From NCBI GenBank assembly GCA_041658785.1, contig JBAZZL010000002.1, positions 1,714-65,713 on the forward strand: DNA of 64,000 nt. The letters run 5' to 3'. A model generated the notes under the pieces. That model had not been told where the DNA came from. It ran no database searches and saw nothing but the letters and a program-made list of their open reading frames with translations. Positions 8,323-17,597 of this stretch are shown here, in pieces (positions within the stretch are counted from its first letter, which is position 1; each line of letters opens with the position of its first letter). The translations under genes and the position numbers were made by a program. This DNA is from Patescibacteria group bacterium. GTDB taxonomy: Bacteria; Patescibacteriota; Patescibacteriia; Magasanikbacterales; UBA922.

Positions 8323-10560
8323 TTACTCAAGATGCACCCTCCCCTCCCATTCCCTCACCCTCTCTCTCAACGCCGGATACTTCCCAAAATCAATACCCCG
8401 CGCCAATTCCCGCGCGAGTTTTATTAATTCATGGTCATGAAAGGTCGCGAGCCGCAGATTCATCATCCCGCTCTGGGCCGTGCCGTACACCTCGCCCGGA
8501 CCGCGCGTTTTCAGATCATACTCGGCAACTTTGAATCCGTCCGTTACTTTTTCAAAATATGCCAACCGCTCTCTCACCTTTTCGCTGTCGCTGTCTGTGA
8601 ACAAAAAACAATACGATTGATGCTCGCTTCTCCCAACCCGTCCGCGAAACTGATGCAGTTGCGCCAAACCAAACCTGTCCGCCCCCTCAATCATCATCAC
8701 GCTCGCGTTCGGAATGTCCACGCCGACCTCCACCACTGATGTGGAAACTAATACGTTGATTGTTCCATTGTTAAATTGTTCCATTGTCTTGTCTTTATCG
8801 CCGGTCTTCATCCTTCCGTGTAAAAAACCGACTTTTAAATCTGGAAAAATATTTTTAGATAACTTCTCGTACTCTCTCAATACACTCTTCTTTTCGTCAA
8901 AATGTGTAACTTGTAACTTGTCCCGCAGCGAGCGGGATCCCGTTGCGGCGGGATAACTTGTAACTTGTCCATCAATCTCCGGCTTCCGGCTTCCAGCTTC
9001 CGGCTTCCGGCTCAAAGTTCTTTCTTCAATCAGCGGGCAGATAACAAAAACCTGTCTTCCTGTCTCAACCTGCGAACGTATAAACCCGTACGCCTTCTCT
9101 CTACTCCGCGACTCTACCGCGCGCGTCTTTACCGGCTTCCGTCCCACGGGCAGTTCGCGGATAATGGACAAATCCAAATCCCCGTAAATCGTCAGCGCAA
9201 ACGACCGTGGTATCGGCGTCGCCGTCATGCTCAAGAAATGCGGCACGGTATTCTTCTGTCCGGATTTATCCGACGCAACTTCAGTGAAACCGGATTTTTC
9301 TCTAATCACTTTTCTCTGCTCCACCCCAAACCGATGCTGTTCGTCCACTACCACTAAACCTAAATTTTTAAACTCAACATCCTCGGTCAAAAGTGCGTGA
9401 GTGCCAACAATTATTTGCACCTCGCCCTCTCTAATTAACTTCAAAGTTTCTTCTCTCATCTTTCTTTTTGAACCATCTCCAATTTCCAATTTCCAATTTC
9501 CAATTTCCTCACTGGTCAACAATACCATCGGACGGTCAGAAAATAACTTTTTTAATGTCTCAAAGTGCTGTTTTGAAAGTATCTCCGTCGGCGCCATAAT
9601 CGCCGTCTGCAGCCCGTTCAGCGCCGCGTTATACGCCGCGATGCCGGCCACCACGGTCTTTCCCGAACCGACATCCCCTTCCAACAGACGATTCATCGGC
9701 TCCCCTTTTTCCAAATCCCGCAAAATCTCCCACGCCGCGATCTTCTGATCGCGGGTCAGCGTGAACGGCAGTGACTGGACAAATTCCCGCGTCTCCTTTT
9801 CTTTAAATTTAATCCGCGACGCCTGGTAACGCTTCATTGACTGGCGAATCATCTCGGCCCGCAACTGCAAAACAAACAACTCGCCAAATTTAAGCCGCCG
9901 CTCGGCCTGTTTCAACTCTTCCTTGGTTTCTGGAAAATGAATCGCTTTTAACGCGAACGGCAGAGTAATCAAATCAGCTTTCTCTAAAATTTCCTCCGGC
10001 AGCCATTCGTCAATTTTCTCCGCCTCGCCAATCACCTGACTCATCAAAAATCTCAACTGTTTCTGGGTTATTCCGGAAGTCAAAGAATACATCGGAACTA
10101 TTCTAGCTGTATGCGTTGTACTCACAACATCATCTTTGTTTCTTGTTTCTTGTTTCTTGTTTCTTTCGTACGATGGTCCTTTCATCGTCACCCCAAACAT
10201 ATCGCCGCTAACCTTGCCAGAAAGATAAACATTATCCCCCACTCTTAAAATCTTGGTAATAAACGGCTGACCAAACCAAATAACTCTAATTCTGCCAGTC
10301 TCGTCCGCCACCACCGCCTCGGTGATAATTTTGCGCTTGCGCGGACTGCGCTTGTTGGCGATAATCTCAATCTTGCCTTTTACTGTAGTCTGCATGCCGT
10401 CTTTTAGGTCTTTAATCAGGGTAACTTGACTATAATCTTCATAGCGAAACGGGAAATAAAAAAGCAGGTCTTGGACAATTTCCACGCCCAGGCGCCTTAG
10501 TTTTCTTTCCAACGTCTTGCCAACGCGATTTAACTCAGTAACTTTGGTTTTCAAATTCAT
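8323..10560 (-). CDS. recG: ATP-dependent DNA helicase RecG with three in-frame repeat insertions
   Basis: OB wedge domain. Helicase motifs GDVGSGKT, DEQHRFG. C-terminal TRG region. Inserts: (CCGGCTT)n and the GGGATCCCG element at 8920-9010; (TTCCAAT)n at 9478-9508 encoding GNWKLEIG; (CTTGTTT)n at 10136-10166. Confidence 0.9.
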   Translation of the reverse strand: MNLKTKVTELNRVGKTLERKLRRLGVEIVQDLLFYFPFRYEDYSQVTLIKDLKDGMQTTVKGKIEIIANKRSPRKRKIITEAVVADETGRIRVIWFGQPFITKILRVGDNVYLSGKVSGDMFGVTMKGPSYERNKKQETRNKDDVVSTTHTARIVPMYSLTSGITQKQLRFLMSQVIGEAEKIDEWLPEEILEKADLITLPFALKAIHFPETKEELKQAERRLKFGELFVLQLRAEMIRQSMKRYQASRIKFKEKETREFVQSLPFTLTRDQKIAAWEILRDLEKGEPMNRLLEGDVGSGKTVVAGIAAYNAALNGLQTAIMAPTEILSKQHFETLKKLFSDRPMVLLTSEEIGNWKLEIGDGSKRKMREETLKLIREGEVQIIVGTHALLTEDVEFKNLGLVVVDEQHRFGVEQRKVIREKSGFTEVASDKSGQKNTVPHFLSMTATPIPRSFALTIYGDLDLSIIRELPVGRKPVKTRAVESRSREKAYGFIRSQVETGRQVFVICPLIEERTLSRKPEAGSRKPEIDGQVTSYPAATGSRSLRDKLQVTHFDEKKSVLREYEKLSKNIFPDLKVGFLHGRMKTGDKDKTMEQFNNGTINVLVSTSVVEVGVDIPNASVMMIEGADRFGLAQLHQFRGRVGRSEHQSYCFLFTDSDSEKVRERLAYFEKVTDGFKVAEYDLKTRGPGEVYGTAQSGMMNLRLATFHDHELIKLARELARGIDFGKYPALRERVREWEGRVHLE

Positions 10561-10648
10561 AGCAAATCAATTGTAGCACAAAATCTTCTCTCAAGGAAAA
10601 TGCCTTGACTGATACCCGTTTTTTTATTATACTTTTGGCAATATTAAA

Positions 10649-10720
10649 GCGCCCATAGTTTAATGGATAGAACGCGAGATTGCGGATCTCGTAATGCAGG
10701 TTCGATTCCTGCTAGGCGCA
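10649..10720 (+). tRNA. tRNA, anticodon read as GCG (Arg); one C-A mismatch in the acceptor stem
   Basis: Cloverleaf: GCGCCCA acceptor, D-arm GTTTAATGGATAGAAC, anticodon stem CGAGA/TCTCG with loop TTGCGGA, T-arm GCAGGTTCGATTCCTGC. Not folded computationally. Confidence 0.6.
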
Positions 10721-10727
10721 CAAAAAA

Positions 10728-10761
10728 CTCGTCCGCCAGCTGGCGGACGAGTTTTTATTTT
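10728..10761 (+). terminator. rho-independent terminator
   Basis: CTCGTCCGCCAGCTGGCGGACGAG hairpin followed by TTTTTATTTT. Confidence 0.7.
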
Positions 10762-10792
10762 GTGTCATGTTGTCTGCATTATGTGTCGCGTC

Positions 10793-11296
10793 TTAGTGTA
10801 TCCGCCAATTCCTAGCCATCCGATCCGTCAAAGGTTCTTCTTCTTTATCCACATCCTCTTTTAAAAATTCTTTTAATGTGTGCCTAATCTCAATTGGATT
10901 CATATCCAAGAGCGGAATGCGGAGAACCGGGCGAAATGTGCTTGAAGTTTCCAAAAAAAGAGTCTTTACATGCGGCGGCTCATAGATAATGTAAAAAAAA
11001 CTAAATTCCGACCAAGCATAAAAACGATTGCTTACTATAATCCCGAGTTCAGAAATTTTAAACGGTATTTGCAGCGGTTCCTGATGGGATTGTAAAAACA
11101 AAATTACCGCGAACAAAATAATGATCAAAGCAAACAAAAAATTGCCGGTAAACATCGCAAATAATACCAAACCCAGTCCTATCGTTATTCCCAGTATATA
11201 CCACAAAACTCCGCGCTCGTGCCGCTCATATTCCTGAATCGTCCACTCATGCAGAACATCTCCAACTAATGTTGTTTCGTTAATTTGTTTTGGCAT
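10793..11296 (-). CDS. hypothetical membrane protein
   Basis: Two predicted TM helices near the N-terminus. No family recognised. Confidence 0.35.
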   Translation of the reverse strand: MPKQINETTLVGDVLHEWTIQEYERHERGVLWYILGITIGLGLVLFAMFTGNFLFALIIILFAVILFLQSHQEPLQIPFKISELGIIVSNRFYAWSEFSFFYIIYEPPHVKTLFLETSSTFRPVLRIPLLDMNPIEIRHTLKEFLKEDVDKEEEPLTDRMARNWRIH

Positions 11297-11500
11297 ATTT
11301 TTTACTTAAACCAGCCGTTTCCTTATCGCCTTATTATTACCCTGTCTCGGCCGATAAGAAAACTTTTTTAATGTACCCGTATATATTAATGTACCCGTAT
11401 ATATCATAGCATATACGTTGCGCGAAAGCAAACAAAATAATTCAGCGCAATCTTGCAAATATACAAAAAATCCGCTATAGTATAATATGGATAGTATAGG

Positions 11501-12943
11501 ATGAACAGTATGGAAAACCAGCCGCTCAATTTTTTAGAAACAACAGACCAAAAAGATCCACAGGAACCACAGCGATCTCCCAGACGATCTATTTTTTTTA
11601 TAGGCCTTGCCTTGCTGATATTTTTTGCCGGCTGTATTGCCTACGGCTCTATAAAGTATCAAATGCCAGACGATCCTGCGGATTATGATCCAGTCACCCT
11701 CGCACCCAAAAAACCAGAAGGACTGCTAAAGAGAATCGGCCACTTTGTATTCAACCGAGATGCGGTACTGGAAGGAACTCGCGACGACCGGATAAATTTG
11801 CTTTTACTGGGGATGGGCGGTATTGGGCATGATGGTCCATTTCTGACTGATACCATTATTATCGCCAGTATAAAACCATCCACAAACCAAATTGCGATGA
11901 TATCAATTCCGCGAGATCTGGGAGCCAAAATCCCCGGCCACGGATGGAATAAAATCAACCATGCCAATGCCTATGGCGAAGCAGAAAAAAAAGATTGGGG
12001 CGCGGCCTTTGCGGCCGAAGTTGTAGAAGATACTTTTGACATCGCTATCCAATACTATGTCCGTATTGACTTCAAAGCTTTTGAAGAAATCGTAGACGAA
12101 ATGAATGGCGTGGCTATCAATGTTGAGCGTCCATTCACAGATTCGCTTTATCCGGCGCAAAATGAAGAATACCAAACATTGACTTTCTCAGCCGGGGTCC
12201 AAACCATGGATGGAAAACGAGCGCTCCAATATGTCCGTTCGCGCCACGGCTCAAACGACGAAGGTTCTGATTTTGCCCGCGCCAAAAGGCAGCAAAAGCT
12301 GATTCTTGCGCTCAAAGATAAGATATTATCATTTGGAACTCTGGCCAATCCAGTAAAAATAAATAATATAATGAAAACGCTTAACAGACATATTACGACA
12401 AACATGGAATTCCCCGACACTATTGCTTTAATAAAATTTGCAAAAGAAATTGATACCACGAACATCGTCAGGCTGGTTTTGGATACCAGTCCGGAAGGAT
12501 ACCTGCAAAATTCTTTTACCGAAGATGGAGCATTTATCCTTGAGCCAAAAAGCGGTGATTTCAAACAAATTAATTCTCTCATCAAAAATATATTTGAAGA
12601 AAAACTGCCTTCCTATTTTGACGATACGCCCGCGCAAACAAAGCCTGTGTACACCACGGCAAACATTGAAATACAAAACGGCGCCTGGAACGCTGGAATG
12701 GCCATGCGGATAAAAAAAACGCTTGAAGACAACGGATTTCAAGTAACGAAAATAGGAAATACCCAAGAACGGCCGCAAGCGGAAAGTGGAATATTTACGA
12801 TTTCAGATAAAAATCCCAGCGATGTCTTGGCCGGCCTGCAAAACGAACTGCGCATCCCCATAAAACAAGCCGCTCCTTACGGCATATCTGCTGCCAGCAC
12901 GACTGATATTTTGATTATTTTGGGAGAAAATTTTAATGAATAA
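11501..12943 (+). CDS. LytR-CpsA-Psr (LCP) family cell-envelope phosphotransferase
   Basis: TM anchor. Core INLLLLGMGG...TDTIIIASI...ISIPRDL is typical of LCP. C-terminal LytR_C-like region. Confidence 0.75.
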   Translation: MNSMENQPLNFLETTDQKDPQEPQRSPRRSIFFIGLALLIFFAGCIAYGSIKYQMPDDPADYDPVTLAPKKPEGLLKRIGHFVFNRDAVLEGTRDDRINLLLLGMGGIGHDGPFLTDTIIIASIKPSTNQIAMISIPRDLGAKIPGHGWNKINHANAYGEAEKKDWGAAFAAEVVEDTFDIAIQYYVRIDFKAFEEIVDEMNGVAINVERPFTDSLYPAQNEEYQTLTFSAGVQTMDGKRALQYVRSRHGSNDEGSDFARAKRQQKLILALKDKILSFGTLANPVKINNIMKTLNRHITTNMEFPDTIALIKFAKEIDTTNIVRLVLDTSPEGYLQNSFTEDGAFILEPKSGDFKQINSLIKNIFEEKLPSYFDDTPAQTKPVYTTANIEIQNGAWNAGMAMRIKKTLEDNGFQVTKIGNTQERPQAESGIFTISDKNPSDVLAGLQNELRIPIKQAAPYGISAASTTDILIILGENFNE

Positions 12944-13059
12944 AATAATCCAAATGCAAGAAATTTTATTGGAATCTACGAATATCCGAATGAGTTAAAT
13001 TTACACTATTCGGATATTCGTAGATTCGGATGTCATCCGTATATTAGGATTACATTTAT

Positions 13060-14430
13060 ATGGCCACTCCAGCCGCAATCCAATCTGACAATCTCCCCGT
13101 CGTCGCCCTCGTCGGCCGGGTTAATGTCGGCAAATCAACTTTATTCAATCGCTTAATTGAAGAAAAAAAAGCGATTGTTTCCAACATCCCCGGAACTACG
13201 CGCACCAGTAATGAAGGTGCGGCTCTTTGGCGCGGCAAAGAACTAAAAATAATTGACACGGGCGGACTAGCCTTTACCGACAATGTCCCGCTGGAAGATG
13301 AAATTATTAAACAGACAGAAATCGCCATTAAACATGCTGATATCATCGTAATGGTTACGGATGTTGAATATGGTATTTTGCCGCAAGAAAAAGAGTTGGC
13401 CAAAAAATTAAAAATGTCAGGCAAACCAATTGTCTTGGTAGCTAATAAAGTTGACAGCCAAAACAAAGAAATGGAGATTGAACATAGTGTCTGGAGCCGG
13501 CTCAACCTCGGCCACCCCTTTTTAATTTCAGCCGCCAATGGCAGAAATATCGGCGACCTGCTTGATTTACTATTCAAAAAATGCGGCCAGATTAAAAAAA
13601 GGCCGAAACAATTTAAGGAAAAAAAAGAACCAATTATCAAAATCAGCATCATTGGCAAGCCAAATGTTGGCAAATCCTCGCTCTTCAACAAGCTGATTGG
13701 CGAAGAAAAAGCAATTGTCAATGCCCTGCCGCATACCACGCGTGAATCCCACAATACTCTGGTTAAATACGAAAATCAGCTGATTGATTTTATTGATACT
13801 GCCGGTATTAGAAGAAAAACCAAAGTGGAGGGCGGTTTGGAGTGGGAGGGTATTGGCAAAAGTCTGAACTCAATAGAAGAATCAGACCTGGCGCTTTTTG
13901 TGATTGATGGCAATGAAACCATCTCCAGCCAAGATATGCAGCTGGGCGGGCTTTTAGAAAAAAAATCAAAAAGTGTTATAATTTTAGTAAATAAATGGGA
14001 TCTGTCCGACGACAACAGCGAAAAAAATCAAAAAGAAGTGAAAAAAAAAGCGCTGGTTTATTTCCCCCATCTGAAATTCTCGCCCATCATGCTCGTCAGC
14101 GGCAAAACCGGCCTAAACACCCACAAAATCTTCCCGCTCATTATGACCGTATGGCAAGCGCGGCAGACGACAATTACTGATCGCGATCTGGAAACATTTT
14201 TGAAAAATTGCGTCAGAAATAAACAACCCAGCCGAGGCAAAGGCACCCGCCACCCGGAACTCATGGGTCTGCGGCAAATCAATACCGCCCCGCCCATTTT
14301 TGAACTCTTCATCAAGCCAAAAACATCGGTGCACAGTTCGTATGTCAGCTATCTGGAAAACAAATTAAGAGAACGATTTGACTTTTTGGGTACGCCGATT
14401 GTGATTAAGCTGACGAAGATGAAGAAATAA
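13060..14430 (+). CDS. der: ribosome-biogenesis GTPase Der (EngA)
   Basis: Two tandem GTPase domains (GRVNVGKST; GKPNVGKSS). KH-like C-terminus. Confidence 0.9.
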   Translation: MATPAAIQSDNLPVVALVGRVNVGKSTLFNRLIEEKKAIVSNIPGTTRTSNEGAALWRGKELKIIDTGGLAFTDNVPLEDEIIKQTEIAIKHADIIVMVTDVEYGILPQEKELAKKLKMSGKPIVLVANKVDSQNKEMEIEHSVWSRLNLGHPFLISAANGRNIGDLLDLLFKKCGQIKKRPKQFKEKKEPIIKISIIGKPNVGKSSLFNKLIGEEKAIVNALPHTTRESHNTLVKYENQLIDFIDTAGIRRKTKVEGGLEWEGIGKSLNSIEESDLALFVIDGNETISSQDMQLGGLLEKKSKSVIILVNKWDLSDDNSEKNQKEVKKKALVYFPHLKFSPIMLVSGKTGLNTHKIFPLIMTVWQARQTTITDRDLETFLKNCVRNKQPSRGKGTRHPELMGLRQINTAPPIFELFIKPKTSVHSSYVSYLENKLRERFDFLGTPIVIKLTKMKK

Positions 14431-14433
14431 ATA

Positions 14434-14945
14434 GATACGAAATACGAAAGAATACGAAATTACGAAAATAAACTTTACGAAGAATATTATATTTTATGCC
14501 ACAAGGAGGTAAACAATATATATTGAGAAAAAACGACTTACTTTATCCGGAACTTAGTTTCCGTATTAACGGAGTATTATTTGAAGTGTATAGACAAATG
14601 GGTGGCGGACATCATGAAAAATATTATCAAAAAGCCGTTGTTCTTGGATTATTGAAAGAAAAAATTAAATTCAGAGAACAAGTCTATGTGCCGTTAAAGT
14701 TTAATGATAAAATTGTGGGAAAATATTTTTTAGACTTTTTAATTGAAGATAAAATTATTTTAGAGTTAAAAAGAGGCAAGATGATACCAATACTCAATTT
14801 AAAACAGACAAAACAATACTTATCCACATTAAATTTAAAATTAGGAATTGTTGCCAGCTTTACGCAAGAAGGGGTCGTGATAAAAAGAATAATAAATGAA
14901 TACTAACTGTCTTTCGTAATTTCGTATTCTTTCGTATTTCGTATC
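14434..14945. mobile_element. GxxExxY-gene cassette bounded by perfect 34-bp inverted repeats
   Basis: Left GATACGAAATACGAAAGAATACGAAATTACGAAA (14434-14467) is the exact reverse complement of 14911-14945. A third solo copy lies at 36732-36766. Confidence 0.45.
14496..14906 (+). CDS. GxxExxY family protein
   Basis: GVLFEVY (GxxExxY) motif. 136 aa. Family is commonly found as an inserted accessory gene. Confidence 0.6.
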   Translation: MPQGGKQYILRKNDLLYPELSFRINGVLFEVYRQMGGGHHEKYYQKAVVLGLLKEKIKFREQVYVPLKFNDKIVGKYFLDFLIEDKIILELKRGKMIPILNLKQTKQYLSTLNLKLGIVASFTQEGVVIKRIINEY

Positions 14946-14948
14946 ATT

Positions 14949-15497
14949 ATGAAAATAATCATCGGCCTCGGCAATCCGGGAAAAGATTATCAGAAGACGC
15001 GCCACAACGCCGGGTTTATGGTTGTTGACGCTCTGTGTGAAAAATTTAAAGAATACGGCGTTTCCGACTGGTCGCTCTCCAAAAAATTCAACGCCGAAGT
15101 CTCTGAAGTAAAAATAAAAGACGAAAATATCCTGCTCGTGAAACCCATGACTTTTATGAATCGTTCCGGCGAAACCGCCCATCTCATCATGCGCTTTTAC
15201 AAACTGCCTCCCAAAGATCTGATAATTATTCACGATGACAAGGACTTGAAGCTCGGCGAAATAAAAATCCAGACCGACCGCGGCGACGCCGGACACAATG
15301 GCGTGAAATCAGTCATTGAACACCTCGGGACAAAAGATTTTACCAGAGTCCGCGTGGGGATCGCGAGCGAAGAGGAAAAAAAGATGAGTGATACTTCAAA
15401 ATTCGTTTTAGGAAAATTTGGAATCAGAGAGAAAAAACGATTCAATGAGGCGGCAAGGCGGACGGTTGAAGAAATTAAAAAGGTGATAAAAAATTAA
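14949..15497 (+). CDS. pth: peptidyl-tRNA hydrolase
   Basis: MKIIIGLGNPG..Y..TRHNAGF signature. Confidence 0.9.
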   Translation: MKIIIGLGNPGKDYQKTRHNAGFMVVDALCEKFKEYGVSDWSLSKKFNAEVSEVKIKDENILLVKPMTFMNRSGETAHLIMRFYKLPPKDLIIIHDDKDLKLGEIKIQTDRGDAGHNGVKSVIEHLGTKDFTRVRVGIASEEEKKMSDTSKFVLGKFGIREKKRFNEAARRTVEEIKKVIKN

Positions 15498-15610
15498 ACG
15501 AAATTATACGGAATTATACAAAATTGGACAAAATTTTTTTTAATTTATTTTAATTCTGTTCAATTCTTTATAATTTCGTTTAATTTTGTATAATTCCCTA
15601 CAACCTCCTA

Positions 15611-16690
15611 ATGCTAAAAGAGATCTTATTATCTTACTTCCCTAAAATCACCCCCAAACGCTACCGCCAACTGGCGGCGGCTTTTTCTTCATTCGCGGAA
15701 ATCAAAAGCGCCGGCTTTGATGAGTTCAAAAAGCTTGGCTGGGAAGATGATTTGGCAACCGCGTTTTTGCTCTGGCGGGATAAACTGGAGGAAGAGAAAA
15801 TAACTAAGGTTTTAGATCAAGAAAAAATCCATTGCGTTACGCCGAACGATCCGGAATATCCGGCCAACCTCAAACAGATTTATGATCCGCCCTTTTGCCT
15901 GTTTGTCCGCGGCGAATTGAAAAAGGATGATTTTTGCTTGGCCGTGGTCGGCACCAGAAAATTCAGCCGATATGGCCGGCAGATTACCGAGGAAATCGTG
16001 GCGGAGCTCGCCCGCGCCGGCATTACCATCATAAGCGGGCTGGCGCTGGGGATAGACGGCATCGCGCACGAAACGGCTTTGCAAGCAGGCGGAAACACGG
16101 TTGCCGTGCTCGGTTCAGGCATCAATCGCAGTCATGTCTACCCCAGCGCGCATCGCCGCCTCGCGGAAAAAATCATTCAGGCCGGCGGCGCAGTCATTTC
16201 CGAATACCCGCCCGGCGGCCTGCCAAGCAAATTCACTTTCCCCCGCCGAAATAGAATTATCGCCGGTATGTCGCTCGGCACCCTGGTAACCGAAGCGGGC
16301 GAAGCGAGCGGCGCCCTGATCACTGCCCAATGCTCGCTGGACAACAATCGCGAGGTCTTTACCGTGCCGCACAATATCACTTCGCAAACCGGCATCGGCC
16401 CCAATAATTTATTAAAACAGGGTGCTCTGCCGGTAACAAACGCTCAAGATATTATTGACGCCTTGAATCTGCGCGACATCAAACAATTCGTCTCCAATCG
16501 CGAAGTCATCCCCGACTCCCCCACTGAAGCAAAATTGCTTGAACACCTCTCCCGCGAGCCGATTCATGTTGACAGCCTGATCAAACAATCCAAATTAGAC
16601 AGCCCAACTGTAAATAGCACTCTCACGCTCATGGAAATGAAAGGAAAAGTGCGGAATTTGGGCGGGATGATGTATGTGTTGGCGAGGTAA
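15611..16690 (+). CDS. dprA: DNA-processing protein DprA (Smf)
   Basis: Rossmann core VVGTRKFS..YG...ISGLALGIDG..H. C-terminal wHTH. Confidence 0.85.
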   Translation: MLKEILLSYFPKITPKRYRQLAAAFSSFAEIKSAGFDEFKKLGWEDDLATAFLLWRDKLEEEKITKVLDQEKIHCVTPNDPEYPANLKQIYDPPFCLFVRGELKKDDFCLAVVGTRKFSRYGRQITEEIVAELARAGITIISGLALGIDGIAHETALQAGGNTVAVLGSGINRSHVYPSAHRRLAEKIIQAGGAVISEYPPGGLPSKFTFPRRNRIIAGMSLGTLVTEAGEASGALITAQCSLDNNREVFTVPHNITSQTGIGPNNLLKQGALPVTNAQDIIDALNLRDIKQFVSNREVIPDSPTEAKLLEHLSREPIHVDSLIKQSKLDSPTVNSTLTLMEMKGKVRNLGGMMYVLAR

Positions 16691-16743
16691 CAAAACTGTC
16701 ATTCCGAGCCCTCGCGGGCGAGGAATCCCTTTTTTATTTTATT

Positions 16744-16773
16744 GACACTATTCGTTAAACCATGCTAAAATGC
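16744..16773 (+). promoter_or_regulatory. sigma70-like promoter candidate (TTGACA-18-TAAAAT) with ~115-nt leader
   Basis: TTGACActattcgttaaaccatgcTAAAAT lies upstream of the 16891 ORF. Confidence 0.3.
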
Positions 16774-16890
16774 CGATTAGTTAATTGGTTTAATAGTTTA
16801 AGGGTGCGGACAGGAACTACTTATCTTAATACACACACTATCAAACCAATCAACCAATAAACCATTAAACTAATAATCATAACCAAATCT

Positions 16891-17559
16891 ATGCGCAAAA
16901 AAATCCTCTTCATCGTCCTCTTCGCCCTCGTCGGCTTTGGAGCGATGAAAGTGCCGTTTAGCCAGCTGGTCGGCGCGGAGAATCTCCGCTTCAGCTTGTT
17001 TGACTTTTACGGCCCAATCGCCGGCGCGTTTGTCGGCTCTGTCTGGGGGCTCGTAACTGTCGGCCTCATGCAGTTAATTAACTGGACTTTTGCCGGCTTT
17101 CCGGTGGACACCGGCACCATCCTCCGTTTCTTTCCGGTGCTGTTCGGCGTCCTCTATTTTGCCAAACATCAAAAATGGACGCTCGCTATCCCGGTTCTCG
17201 CCATGATCGCCTTTTGGGCGCATCCCGAAAGCCGCGCGGCTTGGTACTTCGCGCTTTATTGGACCATCCCGCTGATCATGTATCCTTTCCACAAAAAATT
17301 TATCTTTGCCCGCGCCCTTGGCACTACTTTTACCCAGCACGCGGTCGGCGGCGCTCTCTGGGTCTGGGTGTTCAACATGAAAGCGGCGCTCTGGATCGGC
17401 CTGATTCCAGTCGTTTGGAAAGAACGAATGCTGATGGCGATCGGCATTACCATTACTTATATTGTCTTTAATTATCTTTTCAGCTTGGTGCAAGTAAAAA
17501 CTAGCTTCAAACTCCCATTTGTTACGCTCCATCCGCGGTTCGTCGTCCGAACAAAATAA
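16891..17559 (+). CDS. polytopic membrane protein (possible small-molecule transporter substrate component)
   Basis: About six hydrophobic helices. No soluble domain. Confidence 0.35.
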   Translation: MRKKILFIVLFALVGFGAMKVPFSQLVGAENLRFSLFDFYGPIAGAFVGSVWGLVTVGLMQLINWTFAGFPVDTGTILRFFPVLFGVLYFAKHQKWTLAIPVLAMIAFWAHPESRAAWYFALYWTIPLIMYPFHKKFIFARALGTTFTQHAVGGALWVWVFNMKAALWIGLIPVVWKERMLMAIGITITYIVFNYLFSLVQVKTSFKLPFVTLHPRFVVRTK

Positions 17560-17597
17560 GCCGCGCGCCTCCTTTCAGCGGAGGCGCTTTTTCTGTT

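Noticed and set aside
15812-16404. Antisense and off-frame ORFs within dprA
   Set aside because: They overlap a strongly supported gene. Arg/Ala-rich compositions are typical of GC-rich antisense frames.
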